From assembly GCA_963720785.1 (NCBI GenBank), contig CAVRGQ010000008.1, forward strand, positions 834,651-898,650: 64,000 bases of DNA, in the 5' to 3' direction. The notes below the pieces were generated by a model. That model had not been told where the DNA came from and did no database searches. It saw only the letters and a list, made by a program, of their open reading frames with translations. Source of the DNA: an uncultured Actinomycetes bacterium. Lineage in GTDB: Bacteria > Actinomycetota > Acidimicrobiia > IMCC26256 > DASPTH01. Shown here piece by piece: positions 56,155 to 64,000 of this stretch (positions are counted from its first letter, which is position 1; every line of letters starts with the position of its first letter). The position numbers were made by a program, and so were the translations under genes.

Positions 56155-56223
56155 TCACCCACGACTCCTGATCACCCACGACTCCTGATCACCCACGACT
56201 CCTGATCACGCACGACTCCTGAT
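56139..56223. repeat. Tandem repeat, 5 x 17 bp (CACCCACGACTCCTGAT)
   Basis: Four identical units plus one with a single substitution; no spacers; overlaps the GGDEF-EAL stop. Confidence 0.95.
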
Positions 56224-56348
56224 CAGCGAACGAGGTCGCGCACGCGGAACGCGACGACCGTGGCGACGCCCATCACGACGACCGCGGCGAGCAGCACCAA
56301 CGAGTCGCCGACCGGGAGGTCGTGCCCTCCATGGTGGTGGACCGGGGC
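56223..56348 (-). pseudogene. Orphan C-terminal fragment of an ABC-2 type permease
   Basis: Minus frame reads 'APVHHHGGHDLPVGDSLVLLAAVVVMGVATVVAFRVRDLVR*' (TM + F.xRD.L terminus); in-frame stop just upstream. Confidence 0.55.
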
Positions 56349-56367
56349 CGATCGTCACCAGTGGCGA

Positions 56368-56381
56368 AGGACCCTTGCCCC
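56368..56381. promoter_or_regulatory. DosR/DevR-like box AGGACCCTTGCCCC
   Basis: Partial match to GGGACTWWAGTCCC, about 60 nt upstream of the ATPase start. Confidence 0.35.
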
Positions 56382-56439
56382 TGTCGGGGCGGGCCCGAGC
56401 GACCGATGATGGGCGCGGGAGTCCGCCAGGGGAGCCACG

Positions 56440-58815
56440 ATGGACGTTGATCCGCGACACGCGTCGCACAGTGCCAGGGCACGGCGTGCACTGACCACCG
56501 CGTTCGTCGCGGCCGCGGTGCTCGGGCTCGCAGCCGGTGCGGTCGCGTGGGCCGCGGGCGCCGACGCCGCGGCCGACTGGTGCTGGGCGGTCACGACGGT
56601 GCTCGGCCTGATCGCGGCGTCCGCCTGGATGGTGGCGAGCCTGCGCGCCCGCCGGCCCGGGGTCGACATCCTCGCGGTCCTCGCGCTCGTGGGCACGCTG
56701 CTCACCGGCGAGTACGTCGCAGGAGCGTTGGTCACCGTGATGCTCGCCACCGGCCGCGTGCTCGAGACCCGTGCAGCGGGACGCGCCGAGCGCGAGCTGC
56801 GCGCCCTCGTGGCGCGAACACCCCAGGTCGTGCACCGCTACGACGGCGACCAGTTGACCGCGCCCGCGCTCGATGCCGTGCGGCCCGGCGACCTGCTGCT
56901 CGTGGGCCCGGGCGAGGTGGTGCCGGTCGACGGGCGGGTCGAGGGTGCAGATGCGGTGCTCGACGAGTCCGCGCTCACCGGCGAGTCGTTACCGGTCACG
57001 CACGTCGCCGGCGACGCGGTGCGCAGTGGTGTGGTGAACGCGGGCGGCCCGTTCGACCTGCGGGCGACGACTTCGGCAGCCGAGAGCACCTACGCCGGGG
57101 TCGTGCGTCTCGTCGAAGCCGCGCGGGCCGAGCAGGCCCCATTCGTGCGGCTGGCCGACCGCTACGCCCTCTGGTTCGTGCCGCTCGCGGTCGCGATCGC
57201 CGCCGTCGCGTGGGCGGCCTCGGGCGACGCCGAGCGCGCGGTCGCGGTGCTCGTCGTCGCGACACCCTGCCCCCTGCTGCTCGCCGCGCCCATCGCGATC
57301 GTGTCGGGAATGTCGCGTTGCGCGGCGCGCGGTGTAGTGGTGAAGGACGGTGGCGCCCTCGAACAGCTCGCTCGGGGTGAGGTGCTGCTGTTCGACAAGA
57401 CGGGCACCATCACCCGCGGTCGGCCCGCGCTCACCGACGTCGTGCTCGCGCCGGGCACGCCCGTGGACGCGACGGCCCTGCTCGCGCTCGCGGCATCGCT
57501 CGATCAGGTCTCGCCGCACGTGCTCGCGTCAGCCATCGTGCACGGCGCCCGCGACGCCGGCGCCTCGCTGGTACTGCCGACCCTCGCCGAGGAACAGGCC
57601 GGCGCCGGGATCGGGGGCGTCGTCGACGGCCACTCCGTGCGCATCGGCCGGTGGTCGTGGATGGAACCCGACGCCGGCCGGGCCGGCGACCGGACCCACG
57701 AGCGGGCTCCTGGTCCTCCGCCCGACTGGGTGCGGGCGGTGCGCCGCCGCGCCGAGCTCGACGGCTCCACCACCGTGTTCGTCGCGGTCGACGGACACCC
57801 AGCCGGCGCGTTGCTGCTCGACGACCCGGTGCGCACCGACGCCGCGCGCACGCTGCGCGAGCTGCGCCAGGCCGGGATCCGCCGCGCGGTCCTGGTCACC
57901 GGCGACCGGACGGAGATCGCCGAGATGGTCGGGGCGGTCACCGGCGTCGACGACGTGCTCGCCGAGCGCACCCCCGCCGAAAAGGTCGACGCGGTGCTCG
58001 TGGAACGGGCGCACGGCCCGACGATCATGGTTGGCGACGGCGTAAACGACGCCCCCGCGCTCGCGGCCGCCGACGTGGGCGTCGCGCTCGGCGCACGCGG
58101 CAGCACCGCGACCTCGGAGACCGCCGATGTGGTCCTCAACGTCGACCGTCTCGACCGGCTCGCCGACGCGATCATCATCGCCCGCCGCTCGTTCACGATT
58201 GCGCGACAGAGTGCGGTCGTGGGCATGGGGCTGTCCCTGGTCGCGATGGTGGCCGCGGCGTTCGGTCTGCTCCCTCCGGCGTTCGGCGCGCTGTTGCAGG
58301 AGGCGATCGACGTCGCGGTGATCCTGAACGCACTGCGCGTCGCCATCGAGCGGCCCGCGCACGTGCGCCTCGCCGGTGACGAAGCCGCGCTCGGGTTGCG
58401 CTTCAGCGACGAGCACACCCTGCTGCGGCGCGGCATGGAGACCATCCGGCAGGCGGCCGACGCGCTCGGGCGCGCCGAGCCCGAGGAGTGCATGGCGCGG
58501 CTCGCCCGGGCCCGCCGCTTCCTCGACGACGACCTGGTCCCCCACGAGGCCGCCGAGGACACCGAGCTGTACCCCGTCCTCGCGACCGCGCTCGGGGGCG
58601 AGGACCCGGTGGGGACGATGAGCCGGGGCCACGCGGAGATCGTGCACCTCGCCCGCCGCTTCGGGCGCCTGGTCGACGACCTCCCGCCCGAGGGCCCCGG
58701 GCCCGACGAACGCCAGGAACTGCGGCGCGTGTTGTACGGCCTCGACGCGGTGCTGCGGCTGCACTTCGCCCAGGAGGACGAGGGCTACTTCTCCCTCATC
58801 GACGACCCCGAATGA
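56440..58815 (+). CDS. Heavy-metal P1B-5 type ATPase with C-terminal hemerythrin domain
   Basis: 'LTGES', 'ATPCPL', 'DKTGT', 'TGD', 'GDGVNDAPAL', 'QEAID'; C-terminal 'EH...HEAAED.ELYP...H...H..QED'. Confidence 0.92.
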   Translation: MDVDPRHASHSARARRALTTAFVAAAVLGLAAGAVAWAAGADAAADWCWAVTTVLGLIAASAWMVASLRARRPGVDILAVLALVGTLLTGEYVAGALVTVMLATGRVLETRAAGRAERELRALVARTPQVVHRYDGDQLTAPALDAVRPGDLLLVGPGEVVPVDGRVEGADAVLDESALTGESLPVTHVAGDAVRSGVVNAGGPFDLRATTSAAESTYAGVVRLVEAARAEQAPFVRLADRYALWFVPLAVAIAAVAWAASGDAERAVAVLVVATPCPLLLAAPIAIVSGMSRCAARGVVVKDGGALEQLARGEVLLFDKTGTITRGRPALTDVVLAPGTPVDATALLALAASLDQVSPHVLASAIVHGARDAGASLVLPTLAEEQAGAGIGGVVDGHSVRIGRWSWMEPDAGRAGDRTHERAPGPPPDWVRAVRRRAELDGSTTVFVAVDGHPAGALLLDDPVRTDAARTLRELRQAGIRRAVLVTGDRTEIAEMVGAVTGVDDVLAERTPAEKVDAVLVERAHGPTIMVGDGVNDAPALAAADVGVALGARGSTATSETADVVLNVDRLDRLADAIIIARRSFTIARQSAVVGMGLSLVAMVAAAFGLLPPAFGALLQEAIDVAVILNALRVAIERPAHVRLAGDEAALGLRFSDEHTLLRRGMETIRQAADALGRAEPEECMARLARARRFLDDDLVPHEAAEDTELYPVLATALGGEDPVGTMSRGHAEIVHLARRFGRLVDDLPPEGPGPDERQELRRVLYGLDAVLRLHFAQEDEGYFSLIDDPE

Positions 58816-58854
58816 GCGAACCCTCGGGTGCAGCGGGCGGTGTAGGCGCCCACC

Positions 58855-60452
58855 TCACCCGATGTCGCGACGACGGAAGCCGACGACGCCGAGGATCGTC
58901 AGGCCGCAAGCGATGGCCGCGAGCGCCACGAGTGGCACGACCTGCACCTCCGTCGCGGGGTACTGCGGGACGTGTTGGAACGGCGACGCGTCCTGGATCC
59001 ACGGCGGGAGGTCGAGGAGTTGGCCGAACATCCCGATCACGAAGCAGACGCCGAGGAACGCCCACGGGAACCCGCTCGCGCGGGGCGCCAGACCGATCAG
59101 CGCAGCGGACAGCCCGACGAACACCCACACCGCGGGGGCAAACGCGAGTGCGCCGACGATCGACTGCCAGATCGCACCCCTGTCGCCGGTGACCGCGGCA
59201 TCGGAGATCCCGAAGGTCGCTCCGACGAGGCCCAGGACCACAACGGTGCCGCCGAACACGATCAGCGAGGTGACTCGCTGCGAATCGGTCGCGCGACACC
59301 GGAGTCGCCAGGATCTGCTCCGCGTGCGTCGACGTCTCCTCGCTCCGCATGCGGAGCGCGGACTGGATCGCGAATCCGGCAGCGACGAGCGCCAAGATCC
59401 GGAACGACATCGCCAGGTACTGGTCGACGATGGTGCCGTGGCCCTGCGCGGCGATGATGTCGGTGAGCGACTTGTTGTCCTGCACGAACTCGTTGATCGA
59501 GTCGGTGATGGAGCCGTACGCGATTGCGAGCACGAGCAGCCCCGCACTCCACCCGATCACACTCCCGCGTTGGAGCCGCACCGCGAGCCCGAACGGACTG
59601 CCGAGTGAGTGCGCGGCGTGCGCTCGGCCGGCTCGCGGCGCCACGAGGCCGCCGCCGAGGTCGCGCCGCCTCGACAGGATGATCGAGAGCCAGGCCAGCA
59701 GCGCGGTGGCGCCGATGACGATCAGGAACGGCCACCACTGATCGCCGGCGAAGGGCCGCGTCTTCTGCGCCCAACCAATCGGGGAGAGCCACGAGAGGGA
59801 GCCGTCGCCGATGTCGCCGACCGCGCGCAGCAGGAAGGCTGCGCCGAGCACCAGACCCCCGACGCCGTACACGACACGGGTGTTCTCGGTCACCTGTGCC
59901 GTGACCAACGTGAGTGCGGCGAAGAGGAGGCCGAACAACGTGAACGACAGTCCGAACACCACAGAGCCGGTGACCGGCAAACCGAGTGCCACGAGTGACC
60001 CCGCGACGAGCACACCGGTGACGACGTTCATGGTGGCGACGACGATCAGCGCCGCGGTCGGCAGCGCGTGCTCTCCGATCGGGAGTGAGCGGAGCATCTC
60101 GGAGCGGCCCGCTTCCTCCTCACCTCGTGTCAGGCGCCCGAGCATGAACACGCTCATCAGACCCATGACGATCAGCCCGAAGGTGCCGGTCTGGAACGCG
60201 ACCTGACCGCCGACGGTGTCGAGGCCCTGCGGGGGTCCGTTGAAGATGATCGCGGCCACGTTGTCTTCGGACGCCTTCGCCGCCTTCTCGAGCTCGGCGT
60301 GGTTCGGGTAGAGGCCCTTGACGCTGGCGACGGTCGTCACGACGAGCAGCACAATTGCCGCGACCCACAGCACGATGCGCAGGCGGTCACGCCGAAGACG
60401 CGAACCGAGTGAGGGGCGTCACCCCGGTCAGCGAGACCGCGGCGAGGGTCAC
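58855..60452 (-). CDS. ABC-2 type exporter permease (duplicated), two indels (~60400, ~59275)
   Basis: '[10 protein letters not shown]', '[13 protein letters not shown]', 'LRAVGD', 'WLSPIGW', 'RRDLGGG', 'RSEE', 'SPF.HVP', 'GFRRRDIG'. GTGA overlap with the ATPase stop. Confidence 0.85.
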
Positions 60453-61381
60453 GGATCGAGGCCGCGCAAGCGTTCCGCCAGCTCCGGCTCGTGGGTCAAC
60501 TCGTCGCCGTAGTGACGGAGGAACAGCTCCTCGAGCGTCGGCGGGTGACTCACCAGGCTGCGAACACCGAGCTCGGCGAGGCGACGAATCGTCGGATCGA
60601 GATGCACGGTGTCGACGTCGAAGTGGACCCGGTCGCCGTCGATCTCCAGTCCGTGGATTCCCGGCAGGTCGGCCAGTCCCGCTGCAGGTCGGGTCACTTC
60701 GGCAACGATGGCCGTACGGGTCATCCCGCGCAGGTCCTCGAGGGTGCCACTCTGCTGCGTCCGGCCCGCGCGGATGATGCTCACCCGGTCGCAGAGCGCT
60801 TCCGCCTCGGCGAGGATGTGGCTCGACAACAGGACCGTGCGGCCCTCGGCCTTGATCTCCCGGATGCACTCCTGGAACACGGCTTCCATCAGAGGATCGA
60901 GACCCGACGTCGGCTCGTCGAGGAGCAGGAGCTCGGCACGGGACGCGAGCGCCGCCACCAGACCCACCTTTTGGCGGTTCCCCTTCGAATAGGTCCGGGC
61001 CTTCTTCGTCGGGTCGAGCTCGAAGCGCTCCAACAGCTCATCGCGTCGGCGCGGGTCGAGGTCGCCGCGCAGACGACCGAACAGGTCGATGACCTCACCG
61101 CCGCTGAGTTTCGGCCACAGCGTCACGTCGCCGGGAACGTAGGAGAGGCGCCGGTGGAGCGCGACCGCGTCGCGCCACGGGTCACCGCCGAGCAGCCGGA
61201 TCTCGCCGCTGTCGGCGCGGATCAGGCCGAGCAGGGCACGGATCGTCGTCGTCTTCCCGGAACCGTTCGGACCCAGGAAGCCGTGCACCTCGCCGGTCTC
61301 GACGACCAGGTCCAAGCCGTCGAGCGCCCTGGTCGACCCGAACGACTTGACGAGGCGCGAGATGGAGATGGCTTCGGACAT
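60449..61381 (-). CDS. ABC-2 type exporter ATP-binding protein
   Basis: 'GPNGSGKTT', 'YSKGNRQKV', '[12 protein letters not shown]', 'LSSHIL'. Confidence 0.95.
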   Translation of the reverse strand: MSEAISISRLVKSFGSTRALDGLDLVVETGEVHGFLGPNGSGKTTTIRALLGLIRADSGEIRLLGGDPWRDAVALHRRLSYVPGDVTLWPKLSGGEVIDLFGRLRGDLDPRRRDELLERFELDPTKKARTYSKGNRQKVGLVAALASRAELLLLDEPTSGLDPLMEAVFQECIREIKAEGRTVLLSSHILAEAEALCDRVSIIRAGRTQQSGTLEDLRGMTRTAIVAEVTRPAAGLADLPGIHGLEIDGDRVHFDVDTVHLDPTIRRLAELGVRSLVSHPPTLEELFLRHYGDELTHEPELAERLRGLDP

Positions 61382-61466
61382 CGTGTCGATCCTGACACAA
61401 CGGCACTCGGACGCGAGATGGCCGCCCCCAACGGGGCGGCCATTCCGGTCGTGCCTGTGCGAGCGA

Positions 61467-62303
61467 TCAGTCCTCGAGCTTCATGTCCTCCATGAAGTTC
61501 ACGCCCATCGCCGCGGTCTCGTAGACGTTGGTGCGGCCCGACTGGGTCCACCCGGCGTCGACGATCATGACCTCGCCGTTGACGTAGTCGGCGGCTTCGC
61601 TGCAGAGGAACACGAGCGGGCCGGCCTGCTGGTCGGGACGCGACGCCTCGATGCCGGCATCGGCGCGGTAGTCGGAGCCGAAGCCGAGCCACAGGTCTTC
61701 CTGCGAACGGGCGAGCGGCGTGTCGGTGGGGCCGGGCAGGATCGCGTTGATGCGGATGCCGAGCTTCTGGAACTCGAACGCTTTCATCGCCACGTAGGTG
61801 TTGATGGCCATCTTCGAGAACATGTAGTCGGCACGCCCGGGGTGCGCCTCGATCCACGCGACCGCGGAGTCGAAGTCGGGGGTGGCGAGGTACTCCTTCA
61901 CCAGGTCCATGTTGGTGCGCCACGCGAGACCGGCGGTCGACGAGATCATGCCGATCGCGCTGCCGCGACCGAGGTAGCCCTTGGCGATCGCGGTCTCGAT
62001 GAGGTGGCGGTGGCCGATGAAGTTGATCTTCTCGATGCCGGGCGTGCCGTCGGCCGCACCCGCGCACGAGAACAGGGCGTCGATCGGACCGCCGCACTCC
62101 TCGAGCGCGGCGTCGATGCCGTCCTTGTCGCGCAGGTCGAGGTTGATCGCCTTCGCACCGGCGAGGGTGACGGGCGCGTAGTCCATGACCACGACCTCGG
62201 CACCGAGGTCCTGCACGAGCTCGGCCGCGGCGGCACCCATGCCGGTGGCCCCACCGACGACGAGGGCACGCTTGCCGTCGAAGCGGAATGCGTCTGCCTT
62301 CAT
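61467..62303 (-). CDS. SDR family oxidoreductase (3-alpha-HSD / coniferyl-alcohol dehydrogenase-like)
   Basis: 'VVGGATGMG', 'IDALFSCAG', 'ISSTAG', 'YMFSK', '[14 protein letters not shown]', 'VNG....VDAG'. Confidence 0.9.
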   Translation of the reverse strand: MKADAFRFDGKRALVVGGATGMGAAAAELVQDLGAEVVVMDYAPVTLAGAKAINLDLRDKDGIDAALEECGGPIDALFSCAGAADGTPGIEKINFIGHRHLIETAIAKGYLGRGSAIGMISSTAGLAWRTNMDLVKEYLATPDFDSAVAWIEAHPGRADYMFSKMAINTYVAMKAFEFQKLGIRINAILPGPTDTPLARSQEDLWLGFGSDYRADAGIEASRPDQQAGPLVFLCSEAADYVNGEVMIVDAGWTQSGRTNVYETAAMGVNFMEDMKLED

Positions 62304-62374
62304 GTGTTGCTCTCCTGTCATCGAAGTCCCTGCGGGCGCAGGCGATTCCCTGCGAATGTGGGGGACGCTAGTGG

Positions 62375-63355
62375 TCAGGCCACACCGTTCACCACGTCCA
62401 CCAGCGGCTCGCCGGCGAGGACGCGGTTGAGGTTGGCCTTGGTCTTCTTGAGGATGCGCACCTGGGCCTCCACCACCGTGCCGGCGGTGTGCGGGCTCAG
62501 GATCACGTTGTCGAGCTCGGTGAACGGGTGCCCCGCGGGCAGCGGCTCGGTCTCGAACACGTCGAGGGCGGCGCCCCGCAGCTTGCCCGCCCGCAGCGTC
62601 TCGAGCAGGGCGGCTTCGTCGACCACGCCGCCGCGCGCCACGTTCACCAGACAGGCGTCGGGCTTCATCAGGCCGAGCCGACGAGCGTCGATGAGGTGGC
62701 GGGTGTCGGGCAGCAGCGGCACGTGCAACGACACGATGTCGGCCCGGGCAAGGAGGTCGTCGAGCGCCGCGTACTGCGCGCCGAGCACGGCCTCGTCGTC
62801 GGCCGACGGGCGGAACGCGTCGAAGTAGAGGACCTCCATCTCCCAGCCCTGCAGGCGCTGGGCGACCTGGCGGCCGATGCGGCCGAAGCCGACGACGCCC
62901 CACGTGCGCGCCGCGACCTCGCGGTTGGGACGGCCGAACTGCGGCCACTCCCCGGCCCGGATCTGGCGGTCGGTCCACGCGAGCTCACGCATCAACGCGA
63001 TGCCCGCCATCACCGTGTGCTCGGCGACGGGGATGTCGTTCGCCCCCGCGCAGTTGCACACCGGGATGCCGCGCTCGGCCGCCGCGACGTGGTCGATCTG
63101 CTGGAAGCCGGCCGACGGCTGGAGGATGGCGCGACACCGCGTCATCCTCTCGATGACACGGCGCGTGATCGGCACGGTGAACGTGAAGTCGCCGATCACG
63201 ATGTCGGCATCGACGACGGCCGCGACCGCGGCGTCTTCCGTGCGCGGCTCCACCACGACGATCTCGGCCTCCGTGCCCTCGGGCAGGAACTTGCGGAGCG
63301 CGTCGGCCGGGAACGGCGCGGTCGACACGATCGTCCAGCGTTCGGGAGTGGTCAT
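62375..63355 (-). CDS. D-isomer specific 2-hydroxyacid dehydrogenase
   Basis: 'VAEH', 'GVVGFGRIG', 'ADIVSLHVPL', 'LVNVARGGVVDE', 'AALDVFETEP', 'SPHTAG'. Confidence 0.95.
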   Translation of the reverse strand: MTTPERWTIVSTAPFPADALRKFLPEGTEAEIVVVEPRTEDAAVAAVVDADIVIGDFTFTVPITRRVIERMTRCRAILQPSAGFQQIDHVAAAERGIPVCNCAGANDIPVAEHTVMAGIALMRELAWTDRQIRAGEWPQFGRPNREVAARTWGVVGFGRIGRQVAQRLQGWEMEVLYFDAFRPSADDEAVLGAQYAALDDLLARADIVSLHVPLLPDTRHLIDARRLGLMKPDACLVNVARGGVVDEAALLETLRAGKLRGAALDVFETEPLPAGHPFTELDNVILSPHTAGTVVEAQVRILKKTKANLNRVLAGEPLVDVVNGVA

Positions 63356-63363
63356 CGCCTACC

Positions 63364-64000
63364 TCAATCCTGTGCGGGGCGGATCTCCGCACCCACGATC
63401 GTCATGCCGATGGAGCAGCGGAACCCGCCGGTGACCGCCACCGGCGCGAGTGCGTCGAGTTCCTCGAACTCGGCCGCGCCGAACTCCAGCGTCGCGCCAC
63501 CCTCCCACACCTCGCCGATCTCGAAGTCCTGGAGGAGGTTGCGGGCGAGGTCGTGCACGAGCGGCGGGCCACCCGCGAGGTCGGGCACGTGGCGGGTGTG
63601 CCAGATCGGCAGGCGCATCCCACGCGGCACGAAGCCGTCGGCAGCACGCGTTTCGAGGGTGACCGAACCGGTGGCGAGACGCCTCCCGAGGCTCGACACG
63701 TGGCCCGCGTGGGTCGCTCCGGGCTCCAGCTTGGGGCCACCGCGCCCGACAGTGACCGGCTTGGTCATCGCGATGACGCCCGTCTTCTTCGGGAAGCCCT
63801 GGATGTGCCCACGGGCGAACGACAGGTCGTTGTCGACCCAGATGTACGGCACGCGCGCGACCTTCGCGTCGTCGAGCGTGGCGTGCACCTCGACGTAGGC
63901 CTCCTTGTACTGACCGCGCGCGGGATCCGCGGCGATGCGCGGATCGTGCTCCGACGCCGACGACCAGTCGATGAACACGAACGTGCATGCGCCGCCACCA
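63364..64000 (-). CDS. Acetoacetate decarboxylase (ADC)-like family protein, 5' end outside window
   Basis: 'F.DW', 'QYKEA', 'PYIWVDND....RG..QGFPKK' (Schiff-base Lys region), 'VWEG.A.L'. Confidence 0.8.
   Translation of the reverse strand, partial: GGGACTFVFIDWSSASEHDPRIAADPARGQYKEAYVEVHATLDDAKVARVPYIWVDNDLSFARGHIQGFPKKTGVIAMTKPVTVGRGGPKLEPGATHAGHVSSLGRRLATGSVTLETRAADGFVPRGMRLPIWHTRHVPDLAGGPPLVHDLARNLLQDFEIGEVWEGGATLEFGAAEFEELDALAPVAVTGGFRCSIGMTIVGAEIRPAQD

Noticed and set aside
56139-56223. Possible CRISPR array
   Set aside because: Units are 17 bp, directly adjacent with no unique spacers, and no cas genes are present; it is a simple tandem repeat.
623-60452. Programmed frameshifting or phase variation in the split genes
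   Set aside because: No slippery heptamers or long homopolymers seen at the breaks, and unrelated genes are affected; sequencing error is simpler.
1-64000. tRNA, rRNA, transposase, integrase or prophage genes
   Set aside because: No recognisable cloverleaf, rRNA segment, DDE/tyrosine recombinase or phage structural motif found by eye; tRNAscan/Infernal were not run.

Overview
High-GC actinobacterial chromosome segment. An Acidimicrobiia-like origin is inferred from gene content: several amidohydrolase_2 paralogs, CaiB/BaiF CoA-transferases, crotonases, F420-dependent enzymes and fused Liv-type ABC genes. About 60 genes are present, mostly for lipid/steroid/aromatic-type catabolism: acyl-CoA dehydrogenase, SDRs, four enoyl-CoA hydratases, P450, epoxide hydrolase, GMC oxidoreductase, a fused ETF and a form-II Cox-like molybdoenzyme. 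Other loci are a sulfur mini-cluster (cysQ, TauE, LysR, DUF4395), a PAS-GGDEF-EAL protein, a P1B-5 ATPase with a hemerythrin domain and an ABC-2 exporter. No rRNA, tRNA, CRISPR array or transposase was recognised. Most interesting signals: (1) a circularly permuted ATP-grasp / alpha-E / transglutaminase operon with a consensus GlnR box and a poly-Gln tail; (2) a family of about 50-bp nested palindromes, all between convergent genes; (3) an MsrQ-like cytochrome b paired with a small anchored protein ending in a candidate flavinylation motif; (4) a tandem pair of unannotated PH-like paralogs; (5) a KstR-like TetR / NifU-like / NTF2 operon with KstR-like palindromes nearby; (6) a sigma28/WhiG-like promoter on the c-di-GMP enzyme; (7) four gene remnants carrying large deletions. 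About 14 small indels in otherwise intact genes look like long-read consensus errors. All calls come from reading motifs by eye; no database searches were run.
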